From positions 352,001 through 416,000 of the forward strand of contig CBDAOB010000005.1 of assembly GCA_965197905.1 (NCBI GenBank): a DNA stretch of 64,000 nucleotides, read 5' to 3'. This DNA is from Candidatus Latescibacterota bacterium (lineage in GTDB: Bacteria > Latescibacterota > UBA2968 > UBA8231). Below the pieces are notes generated by a model, which saw only the letters and a program-made list of their open reading frames with translations, did no database searches and had not been told where the DNA came from. Both the position numbers and the translations under genes were made by a program. Each line of letters begins with the position of its first letter. Within the stretch, counting starts at the first letter, position 1. Positions 41,478 to 51,845 of this stretch are shown piece after piece.

Positions 41478-43184
41478 TCACGCCTGGCACAGAACAAGAA
41501 GCTCGCATTGGTTAACCGTAGGCCATGGCGAGGAGCCGCCGATGCCGGGCTCCTTCATAGGCGTTCCCTCCGGCAATCTGAAACCTTCCAGTAACACGAG
41601 GACGATGTTTTCCCCCTGGCGCATGGGTGGGTTGTCCACCACCAGCCACTGGTCTCCACTCGAACTTTCGATCTCCCGCGCCGCGCACAGATCCACAGCT
41701 TCGCCGTTAACCTCACAACGAAACCTGTGCAAGGATTGTTCGTAGTCGGTGAGGCGTAGTCGGAGCTCGGTGCTTGCGATCCGGCCTTCCGCCATGCCCC
41801 CGTCGATGTCATCCTCAACCTTGACGTGCATCGCATGGCCGGGGCCGGCCCCGCGTCCGCCGATCGCCAGCTTTCGCGGCACCTGGCGGTTGTGATCGCC
41901 CAGATCCTGGCGGTCATTCAGGTGATAACAGCGGTTCAGGCGTTCCAGCTTATACGGATCTGCCAGGTCCCGGTAGCTTTGGAGCTCACTTCTCGTCAGT
42001 CGATCGGTAGCCATGTGAGCGGTCAAATCGCTGTATTGGGACGGGTATTGAACCAGAGGCATGTCGCTCTCGTCATCCTCGCGCACCGGCTGTGGCCGAA
42101 AGGAGGCGTAGTCGTGATTATAGAGGTGAATCCCCGTGGCGCCCTCCTTGTGACAGTTTAATGCCACCGCCTAATTACCGAAGGCTGTCCGCTCTCGTAT
42201 CCCTCCTGGGGAGAGGCCGATATGAGTCCTCCCGAACCAGAATAGATGAGCACGCCGCTGTTCTCCGCCGCTGATACAGCACGAGCTACGTCCGTTTCAT
42301 TTCCCCATCCCCCCGCAGCTGAAATCACGGCAATGTCCACCAAACCCTCCTCAATCCAGGTCTCAAGATCGAGACCTAGCTCCATACTGCAATCAATGCT
42401 GGAGAGTGATCGACACACCAGCTTGATTTCCTTGCCCTTCCTCGCGCCATGACGGTGCACGACATCCCGCGCCTGGCGCATGAATTGGGTCATGGTCGAG
42501 ATATGTCTGAACGCCTGGTCGGGTTTGAAGAATGGGGGTTTTCGCGTGAAGTCCAACTCCAGGCCATCGACATCGTAGCGGGTGAGGGTTTCGTCGAACA
42601 GTCCGAGAAAGCGGTCCCTCACCTCCTTCTGGGCATAATCCCACTGCCAGCAGAAGTTCCATTCGTCGCCATGCTTGTTCATGTAGGGCGATGGACTGCC
42701 AATGAGGAGATCGGGCCGATTCACCTTCATCGCCGACCGTCTGGCATCCTCCATGCGGAGTTCGTTGTTGCAATGGGCATCATTCATGCGATAGAAGGCG
42801 TAGATGCCCAGGTCCGTTCGCCGTGCCCTGTCTATGTAGAGCTGGAAAACGTCGTGACCGTCATCAATCATGGCGGCGAGACACATCTGCAAACAGGTCA
42901 GCACCCGTAACGTTCGTGCTCAGCACGGAGGCGACGGTAGCATTTCCGTCGGAAAACAGCTTCCCGCAGTCGTCCGCCATGTTGTCGCCCCAGAGCTCTG
43001 CATGAGGACTGCCCCTCCAGGACACTTCGTCACTGAGACCGACATGCACCGACACCGCATCGACGCTTCCAGCCAATGCCTCGAACAACTCGGTTACATC
43101 CTCGGGATTGCGCCGCTTCAGGTATTTGAGCACCAGGTTTCCTTCGGTGCCAAAGATGATTCGCGGCGGCCACCTAGGGGGCAT
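41478..43184 (-). pseudogene. Glycosyl-hydrolase-like (GHL10-type TIM barrel) protein split by two frameshifts
   Basis: Three consecutive ORFs: MPPRWPPRII..., RMNDAH...YDVDGLELDF, GATGIHLYN...; shifts near 42890 and 42168. Confidence 0.7.
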
Positions 43185-44346
43185 GAATTCCTCCCAGCGG
43201 CGATGGTCTGGAAATCGTCGCGCCGGCAGCGCTAGGGGCATACCTGGGCCGCTTCGGCGCAAAGTCGCGTCGGAGTGTTAGCTTGCAGTCTTTCAACGGG
43301 AGTCGCACGCGCGCTCCGTCTCGTCGATGTGACTCGATGCAGGCAAGGATCAGCTCAAGGTTGCGGCGGGCAAGTCGCACGCCGCCGCGGGTCGGTTCCC
43401 CGGTATCGAGAGCATGGACCAGGTCTTCGACGAGCCTTAGCGTTGCACTCGCGCGCTCAAAGGCCGGAAACGGCGGGAACTCGAAGGCTGGCTCATCGGC
43501 TGCAACGGGGGACCGTCGCCGCATGATTCGCCATTCCAGGCCATTGGCCAGGCAGGCTACGGTACCTTCCTTACACACGGCTTCGTATTGTCCTCCCTGG
43601 TCCGTCAGCAGCGCGTACGCCGTTACGCCGTTCTCGAATTGCAGGATCCCGTGCCCCTGCGGGTCCGAGATCAGGTTGTCGCCGTCGATCCCGGTGAAAT
43701 CAGTGCCGTCGGTATGCTCGTGATGGTAGCCGTAGGGCAGATGGGCTTGGACCCAGGACACGGGTTGTTCGTTGTTCAGCAGCAAAACGACGTCGAAGTG
43801 GTGGCTGGCGCCGTTGAAGAGATCCCCGGTGTTATAGACGATCACCGAACTCAACGCACCGATCTCTCCGCTGTCTATGACGCTCTTCATCGCGTGAAAA
43901 CCTGGGTCCCAACGACGATTGGTACCCAGGTTGAAGGCGACTCCGTGCCGCTCGACGGCCTCTACCATCTGGTCTGCTTCCTCCATAGAGGAAGCCATCG
44001 CTTTCTCCGCGTAAATCGCCTTGACTCCGTGCTCTGCGGCGAAAGTTACGATTTCCGCGCGTTGTTCCGGCTGGGTGGCAACACTTACGATGTCCGGCTT
44101 CTCCTTTTCGATCAACTGACGGTAGTCAACCAGCTGGCGCTCCTGCGGAACGTTGTAGAGTCTCCCGAACTCCGCCATGACGTCCGTCCTCAGATCGGAG
44201 CAACCCACCAGCTCGGTCCTACTGCAGGCCGTGTATACAGCGGCGTGGGAGAAGGGAGGTCGGTGGGCCGGATCTGCAGCGATCTCATTGTCGATAAATC
44301 CACCCATTCGGCCGCATCCGATAACGACTGCTTTGTAGGTTTTCAC
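43174..44346 (-). CDS. Gfo/Idh/MocA oxidoreductase
   Basis: GCGRMG, PDIVSVAT, EKAM and NRRW motifs. Confidence 0.88.
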   Translation of the reverse strand: MKTYKAVVIGCGRMGGFIDNEIAADPAHRPPFSHAAVYTACSRTELVGCSDLRTDVMAEFGRLYNVPQERQLVDYRQLIEKEKPDIVSVATQPEQRAEIVTFAAEHGVKAIYAEKAMASSMEEADQMVEAVERHGVAFNLGTNRRWDPGFHAMKSVIDSGEIGALSSVIVYNTGDLFNGASHHFDVVLLLNNEQPVSWVQAHLPYGYHHEHTDGTDFTGIDGDNLISDPQGHGILQFENGVTAYALLTDQGGQYEAVCKEGTVACLANGLEWRIMRRRSPVAADEPAFEFPPFPAFERASATLRLVEDLVHALDTGEPTRGGVRLARRNLELILACIESHRRDGARVRLPLKDCKLTLRRDFAPKRPRYAPSAAGATISRPSPLGGIHAP

Positions 44347-44433
44347 AGCAACGCCTCCTAGGTCGGCTGGGTAACTGGAATAAGTTCGGTCGAATCGAAC
44401 GTCACGACCCGGCCTCGCCGAGCCGCGTGTCCA

Positions 44434-45555
44434 TCATTGGGCGAGCGGATTACCTCTGAGCGTGGGCAGCGGTTGCGGTCTCACCAGGATGCCACCTTGT
44501 TCGTAACTCTCAATTGCGGCAAAGGTATATTCGAGCGCCGCGAGGGCGTCCCGCCCGGAGGCCCTGAGCTTCTCTTTCGGCACCGCGCTGGTGACATCCT
44601 CGAGAAAGGCATGAATTCTGTTCGGAAAGGTCGTCCCGAAATCGGTTACCCCCGACTCGGTCACCTCAAGCCCCGCTGACTCGCCAGCTTTCATATTCTC
44701 CGGTGATGCGGCATTTTTCGGATCGGGGGCGGGGAAGTAGGTAATCTTCTCGACACAATTTTCTATGCAGAACGTCCCCATCGATCCACCGACCTCGAGA
44801 GACCACCAGCCGCCCAGACCGAAGGTGTAATCTCCGCGCTGGCTCAGGAGATAACCTATGGCCCCATTCGCAAAGCGCATGTGGATGCTGTTGACACTTA
44901 CCATGAGATCGCCGGCATGTTTTCTGAAGCCGGGACGATCCATAAAAGCCTGAATATGGGTGACGTCTCCGCAAAAGTAGCGCATGCAGCTGAACGGATG
45001 GTGCAGAAAGGCTTTCACGTGAAAGTAAGGGAAGTCGGCGGAGCGCGGTGCGTCGGACGGTTGGTAGGTTGCTTCGCCGCCGGCAAACCCCATCCGATGT
45101 ACGCAAAACCCGAGCTCACCGATCTTGCCGTTGGCGATATACTCGTCGGCCTTCTCCGCTGGCTGGGTGAAGTAATGGTTCAGATTGCACCCGAGGTAGA
45201 GGTCCAGCTCCGCCGCCCGGGCCACCATCTGCCGCCCTTCGTTGATATCGTTCGAGATCGGCTTCTCGACGAGTACGTGTTTTCCCGCTTCGAGCGCTTC
45301 CATGGTCGGCTCGAAATGCCAGCTCCCGTTCTCGTTGCCGCCGGTGCAGACATCGACGATATCGACCTCTTCGTGTTCGAACATCTCGGATAAGGAACGA
45401 TACGACTTCACCTTAAACTCGGCCGCCATCTCGTCTGCGCGTTCCTTATTCAAATCGCAGATCGCCACGAGCTGCGCGAGCTCATCTGCTGCATGACTGG
45501 CGGCGTGGTTTTTGCCTATGCCTCGCGCTCCAACTATCCCTACTCTGAGTGCCAT
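44434..45555 (-). CDS. Gfo/Idh/MocA oxidoreductase
   Basis: GARGIG and HVLVEKP motifs; GGAGAGG RBS before MALRV. Confidence 0.88.
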   Translation of the reverse strand: MALRVGIVGARGIGKNHAASHAADELAQLVAICDLNKERADEMAAEFKVKSYRSLSEMFEHEEVDIVDVCTGGNENGSWHFEPTMEALEAGKHVLVEKPISNDINEGRQMVARAAELDLYLGCNLNHYFTQPAEKADEYIANGKIGELGFCVHRMGFAGGEATYQPSDAPRSADFPYFHVKAFLHHPFSCMRYFCGDVTHIQAFMDRPGFRKHAGDLMVSVNSIHMRFANGAIGYLLSQRGDYTFGLGGWWSLEVGGSMGTFCIENCVEKITYFPAPDPKNAASPENMKAGESAGLEVTESGVTDFGTTFPNRIHAFLEDVTSAVPKEKLRASGRDALAALEYTFAAIESYEQGGILVRPQPLPTLRGNPLAQ

Positions 45556-45621
45556 CAGTGTTTCCTCTCCGAAGCTATCGCGCGGCCTCGCCGGGCAAAG
45601 CGCCTTGCCCACCAGGGGTCG

Positions 45622-46632
45622 TTACAGCGACACGACGGTGCCGTTTTTTAATGATTCAATCGATGCGAATATGACTCGAAGTCCCTCGAGCGCGTCGGCT
45701 CCGGAGCCATCGATTTCATCAGGCGATACACCTTCTGACACTTGCTCGACGAAGCGGTGCAGCCGCGCCCGAAAGGTGTCGTCGAAACCGCCGTAGCCGC
45801 CGAATACCGGATTCGTATAGACGCGCTTCTCCAGGGAATTCGCCGGGTAGAGCGTCGCCTCTCGCCACATATCCTCGATGACGAACCGGCCCTCCGTACC
45901 GGCGACCTCGCAACGCTCCATCGGATGGCCACGACCGATATCGTAGCTGCTGGTAAGGCTCCCCACCGCGCCGGAGGCGAACTGTAGATTGATCGAGGCG
46001 GTAGACCAGATTCTGCGTTGGGGCGCCTTGGTTGCAAAGCACTGCACTCGGTAGATCTGACCGCCGAAATGTTGCATGAGATCGACGCTATGAGGATTCA
46101 AGGCTTTCAGGTGGTACGCCTCGGTTTCCGGTTCGTCGAATCTTCCGATCCACAACGACATGTTGATGAAGAGGATGTCGCCGATGTCTCCTTCCTCGAT
46201 CCAGCGCTCGGCCTCCCGGGTTGCCGGCGTGAAACGATGATTGAAGTCGACCCCGAGACAGAGTCCCTTTTCGCGGGCAGCAACGACCATCTCTTCAGCC
46301 GGCGCGAGCTCGTTCGAGAGGGGCTTTTCGCAGAGCACGTGGGCGCCTGACTCCAACGCCTCCATGACCGGACGATGGTGATCGCTGCCGTACTCGTATC
46401 CGCCGGTCGCGACACTCACGACATCGGGCGAAGCGGCTGAAAACATCTCCGCTGCTTCGAGGTAATGTCGAACCCCAAGTCGTTCCTCGGTGGCTTGTGC
46501 TCGTGCCGGAATAACATCGCAAACACCCACGAGCTCGCACAGCTCGTCGGTCGAGTAGATATCGGCGTGGAGATTCCCGATCGGCCCCAGCCCGACGACA
46601 CAAACTCGTTTCGTCGATTTCTCTTCAGCCAT
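45622..46632 (-). CDS. Gfo/Idh/MocA oxidoreductase
   Basis: GLGPIG, HVLCEKP and FNHRF motifs. Confidence 0.9.
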   Translation of the reverse strand: MAEEKSTKRVCVVGLGPIGNLHADIYSTDELCELVGVCDVIPARAQATEERLGVRHYLEAAEMFSAASPDVVSVATGGYEYGSDHHRPVMEALESGAHVLCEKPLSNELAPAEEMVVAAREKGLCLGVDFNHRFTPATREAERWIEEGDIGDILFINMSLWIGRFDEPETEAYHLKALNPHSVDLMQHFGGQIYRVQCFATKAPQRRIWSTASINLQFASGAVGSLTSSYDIGRGHPMERCEVAGTEGRFVIEDMWREATLYPANSLEKRVYTNPVFGGYGGFDDTFRARLHRFVEQVSEGVSPDEIDGSGADALEGLRVIFASIESLKNGTVVSL

Positions 46633-47503
46633 TCAAAGCGATACCTGCATCGGTTAAGAGCTTGAGCCAATCGTGATGAGAACGCGCGACAGTGTCGGGA
46701 TTTGCGTGGCTACGAGCGACAAATCCGACACTGTGCGGACGGCCTGTAGGCAGGCCAATACCGCTGTAGCGTGAATCGACGCTCCATCTGACGGTGTTGG
46801 ACCTGTTCGGAATCGAGCGATGCAACAATCTCTCCCGGGTCAACACCACGTCGCCCACGTCCAATTCACACGTCACCACGTCGCCGTCGGGCAGTTCCGG
46901 CTCGGCAACACCTATATAGCCGGATTGTCGGCTGTTGTGCGGCAGCAGACCTTCGTGATGCGATCCTCGCAACACCTGCAGACAGCCATTGTCGGCGGTG
47001 GCTTTTACCAGAGGAATCCAGAAATTCACAACCAGGGTTTCGCCCGCTTCCTCAGGAATCAGATAAGCCAGATCTTGATGCCAGGGAACCACGCCCTTCT
47101 CATGGTCCGGTAGTTTCCCGCGCAGGACGGCTTGCGGATGGGCCAGAATCTCCGGTCCAATCAGCGATTCCGCTGCATCTAGAAGCGCCGGCCACGTCCT
47201 AAGTGTGAACATCCCTGCGGTTTTGTGATGTTTGCCGTGAACCTGTCCCCACAGCCAATCTCGGTCCGAACAGGCGTTCGACATGAGCGCCAGGCGCGTG
47301 TCGAAGGGCGCACCCCGAAATGTGTCGGTTGCGGCCAAGATTTCCCGGCTCACTGCTTCGTTGGCGGTCTCGTCCACCTTGTGCTCGAGCTCTTCGATTA
47401 GGGGTCGAACGGCTTCGGGGGGGAGCAAATCGCGGACAATCAAATATCCGTCGTCGTGAAAATTCTCAACCTCTCGAGAGGTGAGTCCTCGGCTCATCAA
47501 CAA
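46625..47503 (-). CDS. PhyH family Fe(II)/2OG dioxygenase
   Basis: WHQD, NGCLQVLRGSH and HRS.PN...RWS motifs. Confidence 0.9.
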   Translation of the reverse strand: MLMSRGLTSREVENFHDDGYLIVRDLLPPEAVRPLIEELEHKVDETANEAVSREILAATDTFRGAPFDTRLALMSNACSDRDWLWGQVHGKHHKTAGMFTLRTWPALLDAAESLIGPEILAHPQAVLRGKLPDHEKGVVPWHQDLAYLIPEEAGETLVVNFWIPLVKATADNGCLQVLRGSHHEGLLPHNSRQSGYIGVAEPELPDGDVVTCELDVGDVVLTRERLLHRSIPNRSNTVRWSVDSRYSGIGLPTGRPHSVGFVARSHANPDTVARSHHDWLKLLTDAGIALNG

Positions 47504-47723
47504 CCTCCTATTGACCTAACGAGCTTGCCGGTGCCCGCTCGCTGCCTACCGGTCGTTGCTGTGATGGAAAGGACGAATCTAACTAGATTTCAACGCAGCG
47601 ACCATGTGAGCAACAGGTGGGCACTGCTTTGAAACGGGAACAGAAAATGGGCTTATTTAACCTAGTGGAACGAATCTCACGTGCGACTGGTACTCTATCA
47701 GACTACAAGCCGGAGGTGCCAAG

Positions 47724-49673
47724 ATGGTTGAAACGGACTCTTATTCGAAATCGGTGACGGTCCCGGGACTTGTCACTGTCAATGCGACCGAACTGTCGCC
47801 GCCGCCAAACTGGGCCCTCCTTGAACGCCGGTTGATGAAACTCATGGAGCAATCTGTTCAGCCAGTAGTCGACACCTACGCCGAGAAAGGTGGAGCCTAC
47901 TATTATGCCGATGATGTCGACGATCTCTACGAAAGGGCATGCAACTGGAGCCTGTTCTATGCCATGGGGGCGTCTTCCCACGTGCTCGATCTGGCGCTGC
48001 AACAATGGCATGCAACCTCCCGTTTCTTTGCCGACGACATCGTCAGTCGGATCCATCCCCGATTTAAACCTCAGATCCACAATGAATACTTCAACTGCGC
48101 TACCCCCGGTGCGAGTGAGTGGCACCACAAGGGGGAAGGCAACATGGCGCTCTACTACTTCGGCCTGGCCGATCCCACCATTTCGGAGAACCTGCGCCGC
48201 GCCAGGCGATTTGCCGCCATGTACATGGACGAGGATCCGGAAGCTCCCAACTACGATCCACAATACAAGATCTTTCGCTGCCCCATACAGACCAGCGTAG
48301 GCCCCCTCCGTCACGCCAGCCTCGAAGACGCGGTCATGTGGCTTCAAGGAGGGGAAGCGAAGACGGGGGAGGGGTACAAGTATTACGGTGTGCGGGCGAC
48401 GCTCTATCCGCTGGTGAAAGAGCTGGAGCCGGACTGGTACGAAAAACCCCAGCGCCGGGATGAGATCCTCAAGCTGTTCGATGAGGTCGTGCTCAAGGGC
48501 GACATAGCCAACAGCCTGGGCGCCACTGCCCTCATGACCAACGCCTACCTCTACACCGGCGAGGACAAATACAAGCGGTGGGTGCTGGACTATACCGAAG
48601 CATGGATGGAGCGCATGGAAAAGAACGGTGGGATCATGCCGGACAATGTTGGTCTGACCGGTCAAATCGGTGAATACCGTCAGGGCCAATGGTGGGGTGG
48701 GCTTTACGGCTGGAACAGCTTCGTCGGTAGCTACATCATGTTCAGCTCGCTCACCATCGCCGCCGAATGTGCCCTCCTGCTCACCGGTGATTTCCACTAT
48801 CTGGAGCTGCTGCGTTCGCAGATCAAGGTTCTGATGGACAACGCCATCACTCGCGAGGATGGCCAGCTCCTGCTGCCGTCTCGCTATGGTCCCAATGGCT
48901 GGGAGCATGCCAGGGAAAATCTGGATCGTGAGAAGGGTCGATTCGTGCCGTTCCGCATGCAGGAGCTGGCTCACCTCTACCACGCCTCCATGGCTGCCGA
49001 AGACTACGATCTCATCGCCAGGATTCGCGACACGGACAAAGAGCGCGACTGGAATCAGGTGCCCGTCCTCGGAGAAAAGAGCTACGGCGACACCGAACTG
49101 GCCCGCTTCCAGTATTACGACGGCAAGAACCCCGACTGGCCCGAGAAGATCCTACGAGCCGAATACCAGAATGCCCAGAGAGACTTCGAATCGATACAAA
49201 ACGAAACTCGCGATGCCAACACCCTGATTGCGGACAACTACAGTCCACCCGATCCGGTCTACACCAAAGGTTTGACGCAGGTGATGATGGGCGCCCCGCA
49301 ATCTGTCTATACGGGCGGGTTGCTGCGCGCAACAGTGCGCTATTTCGATTCAGACCGCGCGCGGCCTGGCCTGCCGCCTGACGTGGCCGCGCTGGTCGAC
49401 CATCTGGAAGCCGATAGTGCCGGCATTCACTTGGTCAACTTGAGTACCAGCGAGCCGCGAAACCTGATCGTGCAGGCCGGGGCATTCGCCGAGCACCAGT
49501 TTGTCGAGCTGACCTATGAGGACAAGACCGTTCCCGTGGAGTCGAAGTATTTCGCCGTTCAACTGCTGCCCGCTGCGTCCGTCCGGCTGAACGTGGGCAT
49601 GCGGCGTTTCGCACATCGTGCCACCTACGCCTTTCCCTGGCACGGAGACAGGATTCCGGTGCCTTACCAATAG
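47724..49673 (+). CDS. Hypothetical protein, possibly a helical-toroid enzyme
   Basis: 649-aa ORF, GGAGG RBS, aromatic-rich motifs DDLYE, EWHHKGEG and WWGGLYGW. Confidence 0.8.
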   Translation: MVETDSYSKSVTVPGLVTVNATELSPPPNWALLERRLMKLMEQSVQPVVDTYAEKGGAYYYADDVDDLYERACNWSLFYAMGASSHVLDLALQQWHATSRFFADDIVSRIHPRFKPQIHNEYFNCATPGASEWHHKGEGNMALYYFGLADPTISENLRRARRFAAMYMDEDPEAPNYDPQYKIFRCPIQTSVGPLRHASLEDAVMWLQGGEAKTGEGYKYYGVRATLYPLVKELEPDWYEKPQRRDEILKLFDEVVLKGDIANSLGATALMTNAYLYTGEDKYKRWVLDYTEAWMERMEKNGGIMPDNVGLTGQIGEYRQGQWWGGLYGWNSFVGSYIMFSSLTIAAECALLLTGDFHYLELLRSQIKVLMDNAITREDGQLLLPSRYGPNGWEHARENLDREKGRFVPFRMQELAHLYHASMAAEDYDLIARIRDTDKERDWNQVPVLGEKSYGDTELARFQYYDGKNPDWPEKILRAEYQNAQRDFESIQNETRDANTLIADNYSPPDPVYTKGLTQVMMGAPQSVYTGGLLRATVRYFDSDRARPGLPPDVAALVDHLEADSAGIHLVNLSTSEPRNLIVQAGAFAEHQFVELTYEDKTVPVESKYFAVQLLPAASVRLNVGMRRFAHRATYAFPWHGDRIPVPYQ

Positions 49674-49773
49674 TCACGATCCGCCGGGTACGGTATGCAG
49701 CAAGTCCGCAGCGGCTCTCTTGACCCGAGTGCTAATAAGTTCGTTATCCTTCCCAAACGCAGGAGCGGTATAG

Positions 49774-50697
49774 ATGCGCGTATCATGGGATGAGGACAGC
49801 GCTACCCTTACCTTCAGCACCGATCGAATCGAGGGGGTCGTCGCGGCACTCTTCGACGGGCAGGACTGTCACTGCCATCGATTGCATCAGGTGGTGCACA
49901 AACCCACGGGAACCCTCGTCAGTCCCGATGGCGAACGCGAGGCGGGGCTGCTCAGCCTCTACAAGGTACTGGCGCGATCGAGCTATCTGACGGAGCTCCG
50001 GGTGCAGAGGCCTGAGGTGTTACCGCTGGAATCGGGGTTGTGCTTCCGCTGGACACCCACCCTTCACCACCAGGCGTACGTGGAGAGCACCATCGATGTA
50101 AAAGAGCCCAACATTATCGACGTCGGTTTGAAGGTAGAGGGGTACACATCCTACACCGACTACCAGGTTTTTCTCAATTGCTATGTGGCGCCTGGTTTCA
50201 CCCCAGTTGTCTATCTACAGGACAAGGATGCAGAAGCGGAGCAAGTCAAAGTAGTCTACAATGATGTTTACCGGGGGATGTACAACATATTCCCCCGCGA
50301 CATGGACGCCGCCAAGGTGCTCTACGACGGTAGAGGGCAGAGCGGTCGCCACAACTGGTGGGTGGCGCTGGGACGCATCTACGGCCTTCCATTGGGCTCG
50401 TTTACGGACGGCACCGTTGATGTTGTAGTGATGGGGCGCCGCGAAGACGTCCAGGCGGTGGGTGTCAGCTATGCCGGCGACGAGGATTCGGATCGAGTCG
50501 CCGCCCATCGTGGGATCTACCTGCCTCTATTCGGGAGAGATCTGCGTCCGGGATTCGGTTGGCAGACCCAGGCACGCATGGTAATCGACGACTTCGGGGC
50601 GGACCCGGCCGAACATCAAAGGCTGTACCGGAAGTTTTGTGAAGAGGTGGCGACCCAGCCGCGCGATCTTCCCGTCGTGCCCCAGAACTGGCTATAG
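49774..50697 (+). CDS. Hypothetical protein
   Basis: 307-aa ORF with AGGAG RBS. Confidence 0.75.
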   Translation: MRVSWDEDSATLTFSTDRIEGVVAALFDGQDCHCHRLHQVVHKPTGTLVSPDGEREAGLLSLYKVLARSSYLTELRVQRPEVLPLESGLCFRWTPTLHHQAYVESTIDVKEPNIIDVGLKVEGYTSYTDYQVFLNCYVAPGFTPVVYLQDKDAEAEQVKVVYNDVYRGMYNIFPRDMDAAKVLYDGRGQSGRHNWWVALGRIYGLPLGSFTDGTVDVVVMGRREDVQAVGVSYAGDEDSDRVAAHRGIYLPLFGRDLRPGFGWQTQARMVIDDFGADPAEHQRLYRKFCEEVATQPRDLPVVPQNWL

Positions 50698-50742
50698 GTC
50701 TCGTTAAGACAGGCCTGCGCCCACCACGTCGAGAGGTATCTG

Positions 50743-51795
50743 ATGCCCAACATCAATGGAATCGAGCTGAGAAAACTGGTCTGCAACGCTGAATTCGAGC
50801 CGCGTTGGGAATCTTATGAGCTGGATGACCTCGCCCCCGACGAGGTTCGTGTGAGAAGCGAGCTGAGCGCCGCGAAACACGGCACCGAGATGGCGAAAAT
50901 CCTCGGCACCGGTGCCCACATAAAGATGCGCTATATGATCGACCGAAAACACTTTGATCGCACGCGAGAATCATCCTTCGATTCGAAAAGGTGGGTGGGC
51001 ACGGGCAATGCCACCGTGGGAACAGTGATTGCGGCGGGCGCCGAAGTGCGCGATCTCAAGGAGGGGGATCGGGTCTGGCGAGGTGGGGGTTTCCAGACGG
51101 TTCATCAGGGCAAAGGTTTCAGAAAATTGATTGACGGTTTCAGCGCCGCAGCTGCCTGCTGCATGGATCCGGCGACTTTCGCCCTCGGGCCGGTACGCGA
51201 CGGCAATGTGCGGGCTGGTGAACGTGTTTTGGTTCTGGGTATGGGGGCCATCGGGCTCTTTGCCGTGCAGCTGGCGCGCCTTTCGGGAGCCATCGAGGTA
51301 GTCGCCTCGGACCCCATCGCGGCGCGGCGCGAGCTGGCGCTTGCGCACGGCGCGACCCGGGTGATCGATCCGCTCGAGGTGAAAGATTTCGCAGCCGCCT
51401 CCCGAGAGTGGTTTCCTGATGGCGCGGATGTCGCCATCGAGGCGAGCGGCAACTACGTCGCCTTGAACCAGGCTATCCGCGCCACGCGATACGCGGGCAA
51501 CGTGGTGCCACTGGGATACTACCTGGGGGAGGCCAAGGGATTGTTTCTGGGCGAAGAATTTCATTTCAACCGGCTCAACATCCTCTCCTCGCGCACCTGC
51601 AGCGAACCGCCGCGGGAGTTGACCTGGGATAATCAGCGATTCGAGGAAACGCTGATCGAGCTATTCGTGCGGGGCGACCTGCAAACTTTCGGTTTACCCA
51701 GCCCAATCGTCGGGCCGGAGGAGCTGCCGGAGACCTACGGTCAGATCTATCACGCCCCCGACGAGGTGATCAAGGTGGCCGTGCGGTATCCATAG
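50743..51795 (+). CDS. Medium-chain (zinc-binding-type) dehydrogenase/reductase
   Basis: HGTE, GMGAIG and DVAIEASG motifs. Confidence 0.85.
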   Translation: MPNINGIELRKLVCNAEFEPRWESYELDDLAPDEVRVRSELSAAKHGTEMAKILGTGAHIKMRYMIDRKHFDRTRESSFDSKRWVGTGNATVGTVIAAGAEVRDLKEGDRVWRGGGFQTVHQGKGFRKLIDGFSAAAACCMDPATFALGPVRDGNVRAGERVLVLGMGAIGLFAVQLARLSGAIEVVASDPIAARRELALAHGATRVIDPLEVKDFAAASREWFPDGADVAIEASGNYVALNQAIRATRYAGNVVPLGYYLGEAKGLFLGEEFHFNRLNILSSRTCSEPPRELTWDNQRFEETLIELFVRGDLQTFGLPSPIVGPEELPETYGQIYHAPDEVIKVAVRYP

Positions 51796-51845
51796 GTCTG
51801 TCGATCCAAACGCCACATGATTAGTCATCTTAAGCAACAGTAACT

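Noticed and set aside
43174..43240. Possible further frameshift extending the Gfo/Idh/MocA C-terminus
   Set aside because: One extra C would give YAP-stop, but the current frame ends overlapping the next start, so it cannot be decided
49709..49735. Possible CIRCE element (GAGTGCTAA)
   Set aside because: Only the right half matches; the left arm is not TTAGCACTC and no chaperone gene follows
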